In this document: positions 10,235-18,959 of the stretch, one piece after another
Layout: every line of letters begins with the position of its first letter
Numbering within the stretch: position 1 is the first letter of the stretch
Assembly: GCA_003221695.1 (NCBI GenBank)
Contig: QHSX01000041.1
Coordinates: 93,486 to 157,485, forward strand
DNA: 64,000 bases
Source: Candidatus Rokuibacteriota bacterium
GTDB taxonomy: Bacteria; Methylomirabilota; Methylomirabilia; Rokubacteriales; CSP1-6
Reading direction: 5' to 3'
Notes under the pieces: generated by a model
Told to the model about the DNA's origin: nothing
What the model saw: the letters and a program-made list of their open reading frames with translations, nothing else
Database searches by the model: none
Position numbers and translations under genes: made by a program

Positions 10235-11962
10235 CTACTGCGAAACCGCGAAGACCCAGATCACGCCACCCTGCGGCACGTCCTTCTCCCAGCCGAGAAG
10301 ATTGGAGAGGAGCCCCTGCTGGAAGGCCGGGTCGACGCCCCAGCCCGACACGACGCTGATGTACTGTGTGCCGTTGACCGCGAAGGATGACGGCGGCGCG
10401 ACGATGCCGGAGTTCGTGCGGAACTGCCACAGCACCTTCCCGCTGGACGCGTCGAAGGCGCGGAATTGCCGGTCATTCGTCCCGCCCGTGAAGACGAGCC
10501 CGCCGGCGGTGGTCAGCATCCCACCCCAGGCCATCGAGTCGGGGAACTGGTGACTCCACGCCCGCTTCACCCCGTTGAGGTCCCAGGCCTGGATCTGGCC
10601 GAAGTACTTCGCGCTCTTGTCGACGGCGAAGCCGATGTCGGGGATGTCCACGCCCGTCCACCATTGCCCGGCGACGTACTGCTGGACCTTGCCTTCCATG
10701 AACCCGCAGTGGTTGTCGTTGGCCGGGATGAAGAGGCGCCCCATCTTGGGGTTGTAGGCGGCCGAAGGCCAGTCCTTGCCGCCCCAGAGCGACGGACAGA
10801 AGTCGGCGCGCTTGCCGGTCTTCGGAATCCGCTCGGCGTAGTATTCGGGACGGCCGGTCTTCGGATCGATGCTCCGGAACACGTTTTGCTTGACGTACGC
10901 ATTGGCGGAGACGAACCCGATCCGTTCGCGGCTCCGCTCCAGCAGGTACAGATAGCCGTTGCGCGCCGGGTGGACCAGTCCTTTGACGATGCGCCCGTCC
11001 TTCTGATAGTCGAGGACGAGCGGCGCGTCCGGCTCGTCCCAGTCCCACGATTCGTTCCACTGGTACTGGAAGTGGCCCTTCATCTTGCCCGTCTCGGGCT
11101 CGATGGCGACGGTTGACGCGGTGTAGAGGTTGTCACCCTGGCGCTGATCCCCGAACCAGGGCGAGGCGTTTCCGGTGCCCCAGTAGGTGAGGTTCAGCTC
11201 GGGATCATAGGTACCCGTCAGCCAAACCGACGCGCCGCCCCGTTGCCAGGTGTCGCCAGACCACGTGTCGTGCCCGGGCTCGCCCGGGCCGGGAATCGTG
11301 TGCGTCTTCCACGCGGGCTCGCCGCTCCGAGCGTCGAAGGCCTGCACGAAGCCTCGGACGCCGAACTCTCCGCCGGAGACGCCGACCATGACCTTGCCCT
11401 TCGCGATGAGCGGGGCGAGCGTCATGTAGTAGCCGGTGTGGTAGTCCTCGACCTTCTTTTCCCATGCGACCTTTCCGGTCCTGGCGTCGAGGGCGACCAG
11501 GAAGCAGTCCAGGCTCGCCAGGTACACCTTGTCGTCGTACAGGGCGATCCCGCGGCTCGTGTTATGAAGCGCCTTGAAATCCTCGGGCAATTCCCGCTTG
11601 TAGCGCCAGAGGAACTTGCCCGTCTTCGCCTCGAGGGCGATGACCTGAGCGTACGGGGTCACGACGAACATCACGCCGTTGTTGACGATGGGCGGTGCTT
11701 CGTGGCCCGAGTCCACCCCCGTGGAGAAGGCCCAGACGGGAGTCAACTTCTTCACGTTCCCGGGGGTGATCTGCCCCAGGGGACTGTAGCCCCACCCTTG
11801 ATAGTTGCCGCGGATCTGCAACCAGTTCTCGGGTTCCGGCTTGACCAGCCGTTGCTCGGTGACCGGGCTGTAGCTGCCCTGAGCCACCGCCATCCCCGGC
11901 AGCATCAGAAGGCCGAGGACAGCTGCGAGCGCCAGTAGGGTTCTGCTTGTCTTCACGATCAT
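10235..11962 (-). CDS. PQQ-dependent dehydrogenase, methanol/ethanol family (periplasmic quinoprotein)
   Basis: Trimmed to the ATG at 11962 (MIVKTSRTLLALAAVLGLLMLPGMAVA signal), preceded by GGAGGA. Eight-bladed PQQ propeller with W-motifs that aligns by eye to MxaF/XoxF/ExaA, including the active-site segment SWDWDEPD. Confidence 0.9.
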   Translation of the reverse strand: MIVKTSRTLLALAAVLGLLMLPGMAVAQGSYSPVTEQRLVKPEPENWLQIRGNYQGWGYSPLGQITPGNVKKLTPVWAFSTGVDSGHEAPPIVNNGVMFVVTPYAQVIALEAKTGKFLWRYKRELPEDFKALHNTSRGIALYDDKVYLASLDCFLVALDARTGKVAWEKKVEDYHTGYYMTLAPLIAKGKVMVGVSGGEFGVRGFVQAFDARSGEPAWKTHTIPGPGEPGHDTWSGDTWQRGGASVWLTGTYDPELNLTYWGTGNASPWFGDQRQGDNLYTASTVAIEPETGKMKGHFQYQWNESWDWDEPDAPLVLDYQKDGRIVKGLVHPARNGYLYLLERSRERIGFVSANAYVKQNVFRSIDPKTGRPEYYAERIPKTGKRADFCPSLWGGKDWPSAAYNPKMGRLFIPANDNHCGFMEGKVQQYVAGQWWTGVDIPDIGFAVDKSAKYFGQIQAWDLNGVKRAWSHQFPDSMAWGGMLTTAGGLVFTGGTNDRQFRAFDASSGKVLWQFRTNSGIVAPPSSFAVNGTQYISVVSGWGVDPAFQQGLLSNLLGWEKDVPQGGVIWVFAVSQ

Positions 11963-12009
11963 TCCTCCTCGGTTTGTACGACTGAAACGCGGTGAAGCGG
12001 CGCGTCCCC

Positions 12010-12585
12010 TCATGATGGGCGCTCGCCGCCGACTCGACCCGTGAACCCGCCGGCGACCGTCAAGGCGCCGTCGACCATCTTGATGGGCAGCATGGGGAGC
12101 CGCCGGGGCGCAGGCCCATCGACGACCCGGGCGCGGTCCAGAGGGTCGAATTGGCTTGCGTGGCAGGCACAGAAGAGGGTCTTCGCCTGGGCCTGCCACA
12201 TCGAGACCGGGCATCCCTGGTGGGTGCAGACCGCCGAGTACGCGACGACGCCATCCGCCGCGAGGGCACGAGTCTCCTCGGTCAGCTGGGCGGAGTCGAA
12301 GCGGACGAGCAGCGCCAGATTCAGGGTCGACCCGTTTCGCACGACCTTCGTGTGGGGATCCATGGGGTAGGCGAGTTGCTGCGGCCCGCCGAGCGTCAGG
12401 TCTTCAACCGTGATGAGCTGCCCCTCCCGGTCCCCAAACGGGAACACGAAGCGGTCACCCTCCTGCGGACGGGCCACTCTCGGGTCGTCGGCCCGGGCGG
12501 AGACGCCGTCCATGAAGGAGAAGCACAGCCCCAGCCCGAGGGCTGCCTTCAATACGACGCGACGTCCGTGGGACACTGATCCCAT
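12010..12585 (-). CDS. Rieske (2Fe-2S) domain protein, Tat-exported
   Basis: Start at internal Met 12585 (MGSVSHGRRVVLKAALGLGL, twin-arginine-like). Rieske boxes CTHQGC and CACHAS are spaced about 17 aa apart. Confidence 0.75.
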   Translation of the reverse strand: MGSVSHGRRVVLKAALGLGLCFSFMDGVSARADDPRVARPQEGDRFVFPFGDREGQLITVEDLTLGGPQQLAYPMDPHTKVVRNGSTLNLALLVRFDSAQLTEETRALAADGVVAYSAVCTHQGCPVSMWQAQAKTLFCACHASQFDPLDRARVVDGPAPRRLPMLPIKMVDGALTVAGGFTGRVGGERPS

Positions 12586-12861
12586 CCCGGGCCGTGGAGA
12601 CAACGCATAGAACGGAGGCCCCGCGTCTGTCAAGTGGCAACGCGGCAAGACCCATCGGTTATGCCATTCCTGGTGGCGCGCCCCCGCCTCCGTCACAACA
12701 GGGCGCACGCCTCGTCGAAGGTGAGCCGCGGCTGTCCCGCACCGAATCTCGACTGGACGTTCGGGAGCCCCGCTGCGATGATCGCGCCGGGCAGCGTGCG
12801 CGACGGTCCGTCGGCGCACGGCCGTGGGCTACTCAGGAACGCGGACGCGGGAGGAGCGATC

Positions 12862-13284
12862 ATGCACGTGCAAGACAGTTCGTGGGCGGGAGACTGGGGA
12901 CTCGTTCCCCTCCGGCTCGTCGTCGGCCTGGTCTTCGTAGTTCACGGAGCTCAGAAGCTCTTCGTCTTCGGTTTCGGCGGCGCCGCGGGCTTCATGGCCA
13001 AGGTGGGCATCCCGTTGCCCTCCGTCGCGGCGGTCGTCGTGACGGCCGTGGAGATCCTGGGTGGACTGGCGCTCGTCCTCGGTCTGGGTACCCGGGTGGC
13101 GGCGGCCCTCCTGGCGTTCGAGATGCTCGTCGCCATCCTGACCGTCCGCCTCAAGATGGGCTTCGTGGGCGGCTACGAGTTCGAGCTCACGTTACTCGCT
13201 GCCAGCCTGAGCCTGGCGCTCCTCGGGGCCGGACCGGTGTCGGTGAGGAAGATCTTCGCGCGCCGTACGGGCACGGCGGCTTAG
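12862..13284 (+). CDS. DoxX family membrane protein
   Basis: 140 aa after trimming to the ATG at 12862 (RBS GGAGGAG). Four hydrophobic helices with the typical DoxX pattern (LRLVVGLVFVVHGAQKLF...). Confidence 0.7.
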   Translation: MHVQDSSWAGDWGLVPLRLVVGLVFVVHGAQKLFVFGFGGAAGFMAKVGIPLPSVAAVVVTAVEILGGLALVLGLGTRVAAALLAFEMLVAILTVRLKMGFVGGYEFELTLLAASLSLALLGAGPVSVRKIFARRTGTAA

Positions 13285-13299
13285 GTCTCCGAGAGGCCA

Positions 13300-14097
13300 G
13301 TGATGGGACAGGGGTTTGCGCTGTTCGCCGGGGTGGCGCCCGAGATCATCCGCGCGTCGGCCCGCGAGGCCGAAGGGCTCGGCTACACCTCCTTTTGGGT
13401 GAACCACCCGGGCGCGACCGATGGGCTGGTCTCGCTCGCGCTCGCGGCGACGGAGACACGGCGGATCGAGCTTGGGATCGGGGTGATTCCGCTCCATACG
13501 CGTGGCCCGGACAGCATCGTCCAGGGGGTGCGCGCCAACGGCCTCCCCCTCGACCGTCTCCTCCTGGGGGTCGGAAGCGCGAACCCGGGCGCCCTCAAGC
13601 GCGTGCGCGACGGGGTTGCCGCGCTCCGGCCCAAGCTTGCGGCGCGCCTCGTCGTGGCGGCGCTCGGTCCCCAGATGTGCCGCGTGGCCGGCGAGGTCGG
13701 TGACGGCGTGCTCTTCAACTGGCTGACGCCCGAGCATGCGCGTCGCTCGGCCGACTGGGTCCGTGCCGGCGCGGCCGCGGCGGGTCGGCAACCGCCGCGG
13801 CTCTTCGCGTACGTCCGCGTCGCCCTCGGGGCGGCCGCGGGCGAACGGCTGCGGGAGGAGGGGGCCCGGTACGCGGCGATCCCGGCGTACGCCGCCCACT
13901 TCGCCCGCATGGGGGTGAAGCCCGTGGAGACGGCGATCGCGGCCCGGAGCGCGGAGGAGCTCGCGCCTGCGCTCGCGAAGTGGCACGGAGCGGTCGACGA
14001 GATCGTGCTCCGCGCCGTCACCGCAACGGACACGGTCGACGAGAACCTGGCGCTGCTCCGCGCGGCACCTCGCCCCACGCGAGGCGAGCCCCGGTAA
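13300..14097 (+). CDS. LLM-class (luciferase-like) flavin/F420-dependent oxidoreductase
   Basis: 265 aa with the N-terminal motif GLGYTSFWVNHPG and overall similarity to luciferase-like monooxygenase / F420-dependent reductase families. Confidence 0.7.
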   Translation: MMGQGFALFAGVAPEIIRASAREAEGLGYTSFWVNHPGATDGLVSLALAATETRRIELGIGVIPLHTRGPDSIVQGVRANGLPLDRLLLGVGSANPGALKRVRDGVAALRPKLAARLVVAALGPQMCRVAGEVGDGVLFNWLTPEHARRSADWVRAGAAAAGRQPPRLFAYVRVALGAAAGERLREEGARYAAIPAYAAHFARMGVKPVETAIAARSAEELAPALAKWHGAVDEIVLRAVTATDTVDENLALLRAAPRPTRGEPR

Positions 14098-14195
14098 TCG
14101 CACACCTCGCCGGCGCCACGGAAGGCTCTGCTATGATTTGAATCGTCTCGACTCGTGCCGTTTCCCGAGGAGGCCGTGGTCTGACGCAGAGATTC

Positions 14196-15257
14196 GTGCG
14201 ATTGCTCCTCCTCCTCGGCGTCGCTCAGGCCGGGTGCGCGGGAGTCGCTCGCCCGGCACCGACGCCCCAGGCCCAGGCGCAGGTGTACCTCGATCAAGGC
14301 CAAGCCCTCATCGCTCGGGGTGAGATGGCGGCGGCCGTGACAGCACTACGCGAGGCACTCCGGCGTGAGCCCGACCTGATCCAGGCCCGCTCGAGCCTCG
14401 GGCTCGCCCTCTACGGCATGGGCGACCTCGACGCCGCCGTCGAGGAGTTGCGCGCGACCCTCCGAAGGCAGCCCGATGCCTTCACGGCTCGGCTCACCCT
14501 GGCGAGCGCGCTCGTGGCGAAGCAGGACTGGGCGGCGGCGCGCGTCGAGCTCGAGCACGTCCTCCGAGCGCGACCCGACCTCGGCCAGGCGCACTACGGC
14601 CTGGGCGTCGTCCGATACGCGCAGGGCGACCTCGACGGGGCGATCGAGGCGTTCCGTCGTGTCCTCGCGGGCGATCCGCACCACCAGGATGCGCGCTACA
14701 ACCTCGCGCTCATGCTGAGGCTCGCGCAACGCAATGGAGAGGCCACGCCCGAATTTCTCGCCGCCGCGCAGGCGGGACACGCGCGCGCGCAGTACTTCGC
14801 GGGTACGGCGTACGCCGCCGGCCTCGGGGTCGAGCGCGATCTGGCGACCGCCATCACGTGGTGGTTTCGGGCCGCCGAGCAGGGCGTGCCGCAGGCCGAC
14901 GAGGCGCTCGCGCAGCTCAGACAGGTCGCCCTGGGGCGGGACCGGCGCGCACCCGCGGATCGCGCGAACGTCGAGCAAGCGTTTCGGGACTATCGCGCGG
15001 CGCTCTGGCGGGACTTCCCAGGCCTCGCGCCTGACGGAGACGACACGGTCGGCGGCGCCTTGCTCCGGAAAGGGCGCGTGAGCGAGGCGGTGCCGGTGCT
15101 CATCCGCGAGGCCGCCGCGCTGAGCGAGCCGGCCGACCGGCTGCTCGAGCGGCTCTGGACAGAGGGCGTCGACGGACTGCTGCCCGCGCACGACGCGCGG
15201 ATCCTCGGCTACTTCGACCGCGCAGCTGCCGAGGGTCTGCGCTCGCCCGTCCGTTAG
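14196..15257 (+). CDS. TPR/Sel1 repeat protein (likely lipoprotein)
   Basis: Signal/lipobox-like N-terminus (LLLLGVAQAGCAG). Multiple 34-residue TPR-like repeats (AxxxLxxALxxxPD...) and a Sel1-like AQYFAGTAYAAGLGVERDLATAITWWFRAAEQG segment. Confidence 0.7.
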   Translation: MRLLLLLGVAQAGCAGVARPAPTPQAQAQVYLDQGQALIARGEMAAAVTALREALRREPDLIQARSSLGLALYGMGDLDAAVEELRATLRRQPDAFTARLTLASALVAKQDWAAARVELEHVLRARPDLGQAHYGLGVVRYAQGDLDGAIEAFRRVLAGDPHHQDARYNLALMLRLAQRNGEATPEFLAAAQAGHARAQYFAGTAYAAGLGVERDLATAITWWFRAAEQGVPQADEALAQLRQVALGRDRRAPADRANVEQAFRDYRAALWRDFPGLAPDGDDTVGGALLRKGRVSEAVPVLIREAAALSEPADRLLERLWTEGVDGLLPAHDARILGYFDRAAAEGLRSPVR

Positions 15258-15372
15258 GAGTCCTTCGATTCCCCGCCGCGCACTGCCGGCCGCGCTGATC
15301 GGGCTCGCGGCGAGCCTGGTCGCTGGCGTCGTCCTCGCGGGGGGCGGAGGTGGCCTGACCGCACTCGATTGG

Positions 15373-17952
15373 TTGCTCTACGATCGCGGGCTTCACGGGC
15401 GCGGGGCGGCCGTCAGCCCCGCGCTCCTCGTCGTCGCGCGCGACCCGGCGAGCGAGGCCCGATTCGGCGCGGGCCCTTGGGACCGTGCGGTGCTCGCTCG
15501 GCTCGTCGTGGGCCTGAACCGCGCCGGCGCCGCGGCCATCGGCGTCGACATCCCGCTCGGCCCGCCGAGCGCCCCCGGTCGCGGTGGCGCGTCAAGCGAC
15601 GCGTTGCTGAGCCAGGCGACCGTGCTGGCCGGGAATGTCGTCTATCCGATCACGCTCGACCTCCATCCGCTCAAGACGGATCTCGTGCCGGCTCTCTCGC
15701 CTTCGGAGGCTCATCCGTCGTGGCCGCTCCTCCCTCGGGTCCCACTGGCCCTCCCGCGGGCGGAGCCCGGGGCCCCGCTGCCCGGGCTCGCCCGGCAGGC
15801 GAGAGCGGTCGGCCACACGCGGGCGCCCGCCGATCCTGACGGCGTCGTGCGCAGAGTTCCGCTGTTCGTCCAACTGGGCGACCGCGCCGTGCCGGCGTTC
15901 GGCTTCGCAGTCGCGACGGTGGTCGCGGGCGTGTCGCCCGATCAGATCGTGGTCGAGCGCGGCTCGATCACGGTGGGGCGCTGGGGTCGGATCCCTGTCG
16001 ACGACCGTGAGCGGGCGCTCGTCGGCTGGGTCGCCCCTCGGCGGCTCACGGTCGTACCGTTCCTTGACCTCTGGACAGCCGTCGAAGAACGCCGGGCCGA
16101 GGCGCTCCGGACCCTGGTGGAGGACAAGATCGTGCTGGTTCTTACCGAGCCCGCACGCGGGGTCCATCGCACACCGGTCGGCTCCGTGTCCGACGGAGAG
16201 ATCCAGGCGCAAGTGCTCAACGCCGTGCTCACGGGGTCGTGGCTCAGAGAGGCGCCCCTCGGGTGGACGCTGGGCGCCACGCTGGTCATCGCCGCGCTGA
16301 CGGCGTGGCTCGGCCTGGTACTCTCCTGGTGGGCGGCGCTGGTCGGCGTCGCCGTCCTGTCGTCCGGCTACGCCGGCGCTCTGCTGCTGTCGCCGCCGTT
16401 GATCGGCGTCGTCCTGGCGGCGGTCCCGCCGCTCGCCGCGGCGGTCGTGGCCGGGGCCGGCGCGCTCCTGTGGAACCAGCTCGGCTCAGCCCACCGTCTT
16501 CACGGCCTCGAGGATGAGATCGAGACGATCCGTGAGGCGCTGGTGCGCCAGGAGTCGACGGTCGAGGCTCTGGAAGAGGACCTCGAGACGGCGCGCGGTG
16601 CGGTGGCGCGATCGACCGGCGCCGAGCGCGACCTCCTCCAGGTCGCCGAGGCGCTCCGAGTCGAGCTCGCGGCCGCGCGTGCGCAGGAGGGGCAGACGCG
16701 AAGCCGGCTCGCCGACCTGGAGCGCGAGCTTCGTGCTGCCGACTCCCGACACGTGGAGCTCGACGACGCTGAGCAGGAGCGGCTACGCCGACGGTGCGCG
16801 GAGGTCGGGATCGTCACCCGCGATCCCGCGGTGCTGGCGCGCTTCCACGACCTCGAACGGGCGGCGCGCTCCACGTTGCCGATTCTCGTGCTGGGCGAGC
16901 CGGGAACGGGCAAGGAGCTGTTCGCGCGCGCGGTCCACCGCTTGAGCCCTCGGGCCGGCGGGCCCTACGTGGCGGTCAATATGGCCGCGATCCCGCTTGA
17001 GCTGTTCGAGAGCGAGCTGTTCGGCCACGTGAAGGGCAGCTTCACGGGCGCCGTCGCGGAGCGGAAGGGGTACTTCGAGCAGTCCGACCGTGGAACGATC
17101 TTTCTGGACGAGATCGGCGAGCTGCGGGCCGACCACCAGTCGAAGCTCCTCCGCATCCTTCAAGAAAAAACCTTCTACCGGGTTGGGGCGACGCGTGCCA
17201 CCGCGGTGGACGTGCGGGTCGTCGCCGCCAGCAATCGCGACCTCGAGCGCGGCATCGCGGAGGGCTGGTTCCGCGAGGACCTCTATTTCCGCCTGAAGGG
17301 TCTCGTGCTCCGGCTGCCGCCGCTACGCGAGCGACGCCAGGACGTGGGCCCGCTGGCGGCGCGCCTCCTGGAGGACGCCTGCGCCGAGGCGGGCAGGCAT
17401 GTGACGCTCTCGGAGTCAGCGCTGCGCGCGCTCGAGGGGCACGACTGGCCCGGCAACGTTCGGGAGCTCCAGCACTGTCTCCGCCAGGCTGTCGCGCTCG
17501 CCGATCGAGCGGTCCTGGTCGCGGAGGACCTGCGACTCGCCTCGGCGAGCGAGGCGAAGGCCGACGCCGCGGGCGACGCGGCGGTCCTCGTCTGCCTGCG
17601 CCAGCACGGGTTCGACATGCAGGCGACGGCGCGGGCGCTCGGCTGGGACCGGAGCACGGTGACGCAGCGGCTCAAGGGGCTGGGCTTTCGCGCGCTCGTC
17701 GAGTCCGGCGGCGATCGGCGGAAGGCGGCGCTGGAGCTGGCCGGCGCCCCGGCGCTTGGCCGCGTCGTGGAGCTGAAGCTCTCCGAATACCACGAGCACC
17801 TGCTGAGGGCCGTTGAGCCATTCGACTCCGTCGAGGCCGCCCTCGGCGCGTGTCGGCGGCGCTTCAAGAACCTGCCCGACCGGCACTTCCGCTCGCTCGA
17901 GCTTCTGGTCCGCCAGCACTTCGAGGGCCGTCCTCGAGGCGCTCGCGGCTGA
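15373..17952 (+). CDS. sigma-54-dependent transcriptional activator with N-terminal CHASE2 sensor domain (start codon uncertain, probably further upstream)
   Basis: CHASE2-like periplasmic region, then transmembrane helices and a coiled coil. AAA+ sigma-54 interaction domain with Walker A GEPGTGKE and a GSFTGA (GAFTGA-type) loop. C-terminal Fis-type HTH. The track start at 15373 is a TTG. A predicted N-terminal TM helix is encoded in-frame upstream (15283..15370) with no ATG/GTG/TTG. Confidence 0.8.
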   Translation: MLYDRGLHGRGAAVSPALLVVARDPASEARFGAGPWDRAVLARLVVGLNRAGAAAIGVDIPLGPPSAPGRGGASSDALLSQATVLAGNVVYPITLDLHPLKTDLVPALSPSEAHPSWPLLPRVPLALPRAEPGAPLPGLARQARAVGHTRAPADPDGVVRRVPLFVQLGDRAVPAFGFAVATVVAGVSPDQIVVERGSITVGRWGRIPVDDRERALVGWVAPRRLTVVPFLDLWTAVEERRAEALRTLVEDKIVLVLTEPARGVHRTPVGSVSDGEIQAQVLNAVLTGSWLREAPLGWTLGATLVIAALTAWLGLVLSWWAALVGVAVLSSGYAGALLLSPPLIGVVLAAVPPLAAAVVAGAGALLWNQLGSAHRLHGLEDEIETIREALVRQESTVEALEEDLETARGAVARSTGAERDLLQVAEALRVELAAARAQEGQTRSRLADLERELRAADSRHVELDDAEQERLRRRCAEVGIVTRDPAVLARFHDLERAARSTLPILVLGEPGTGKELFARAVHRLSPRAGGPYVAVNMAAIPLELFESELFGHVKGSFTGAVAERKGYFEQSDRGTIFLDEIGELRADHQSKLLRILQEKTFYRVGATRATAVDVRVVAASNRDLERGIAEGWFREDLYFRLKGLVLRLPPLRERRQDVGPLAARLLEDACAEAGRHVTLSESALRALEGHDWPGNVRELQHCLRQAVALADRAVLVAEDLRLASASEAKADAAGDAAVLVCLRQHGFDMQATARALGWDRSTVTQRLKGLGFRALVESGGDRRKAALELAGAPALGRVVELKLSEYHEHLLRAVEPFDSVEAALGACRRRFKNLPDRHFRSLELLVRQHFEGRPRGARG

Positions 17953-18087
17953 TGAAGGCCGCGGGAGCGGGCGCCGCTTGCCCCGATGCGGGGACCCGCG
18001 CGGGGATGCGGGGCTCTCCCCGCATCGAGCGACGGCGCTCCGTCGGGAAGTAGATGAAACCATTCGTTCCGTAGCTCTCCCCCGATG

Positions 18088-18103
18088 TGGCTCGCGCATT
18101 GCT
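18088..18103 (+). promoter_or_regulatory. candidate sigma-54 (-24/-12) promoter TGGCTCG-N4-TTGCT
   Basis: TGGCTCGCGCATTGCT matches the RpoN consensus TGGCACG-N4-TTGCW with one mismatch and correct GG-GC spacing. It lies 29 nt upstream of the OmpA-like ATG (18132) and directly downstream of the sigma-54 activator gene. Confidence 0.45.
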
Positions 18104-18131
18104 CTGTCTCCTCCCTCAAGGAGGAAACAAC

Positions 18132-18707
18132 ATGGCCAACACACACGAGACCACAGAGCCGCCGGCGACCGGGACGCGCGGCGGGAAGGAGCTCGCGATG
18201 ATCGTCGGGGTGCTCCTGACGGCCGTCGCCGCAACGATCGTGACGTACGGGGTTCGTTCCCGAGGCACGGAGGAGGCCTCGCCCAGGCCGGGCGCCGTCG
18301 CGACCGCGCCGGCCCAGGTGCCGACGGTCCCGAACGCGGCGGCCTCCGCCCTGACCGACGCCACGGTCGTCCACACCGACGTCTACTTCGACTTCAAGAG
18401 CGCCCGCCTGCGGGCGGACGCCGTCCGCATCTTGCAGGAGACGGCCGTGGTCGTCGACCGGACGAGCGCCTGGGTGGTGCTCGTCCAGGGCCACGCCGAT
18501 CGTCAGGGCCCGCCCGAGTACAACAAGGTCCTGGCGCAGCGGCGAGCGGAGGCCGTCAAGCAGTTCCTGGTCGAGCTTGGCGTTCCGGACGCCTCGGTCA
18601 AGGTCGCCACGATCGGGCAGGACGGCGCTCTGTGCGACGACCCGAGCAAGGAGTGCCAGCAGATCAACCGCCGGGTGCACGTCGAGATCCGCAAGCTTGC
18701 CCACTAG
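18132..18707 (+). CDS. OmpA-family (OmpA/MotB C-terminal-like) protein
   Basis: ATG at 18132 with RBS GGAGGAAACAAC. One TM/signal helix, then an OmpA-like domain (motifs VLLVQGHADRQGPPEYNKVLAQRRAEAV). Confidence 0.7.
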   Translation: MANTHETTEPPATGTRGGKELAMIVGVLLTAVAATIVTYGVRSRGTEEASPRPGAVATAPAQVPTVPNAAASALTDATVVHTDVYFDFKSARLRADAVRILQETAVVVDRTSAWVVLVQGHADRQGPPEYNKVLAQRRAEAVKQFLVELGVPDASVKVATIGQDGALCDDPSKECQQINRRVHVEIRKLAH

Positions 18708-18722
18708 CTTCGTCGCCTCGTC

Positions 18723-18771
18723 GGAGGGGGCGACGTCACAGGCGTGCCCCGAGGGCGCGACGGCCCCCTCC
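18723..18771 (+). terminator. perfect 9-bp inverted repeat (GGAGGGGGC ... GCCCCCTCC) downstream of the OmpA-like gene; possible terminator or regulatory hairpin
   Basis: Seen directly in the sequence. 9-bp GC-rich arms with a 31-nt loop and no U-tract, so intrinsic terminator function is uncertain. Confidence 0.25.
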
Positions 18772-18959
18772 GACACCCGGCGCGGTCCAGCTCGCGTACG
18801 GGAAACCCCCGAGCGACACTCAGATCGTTGACAGCCCAACGGCGTGGCGCCTAGAGTAGCAACGCTGAATTCACAGACCGACCACCGGCGGCACCGGTGG
18901 CGATACTCGCATGCTGGGTCGAGCGGTCGGGAAGCGACCGGCCGCGGTAGGGAGTATCA

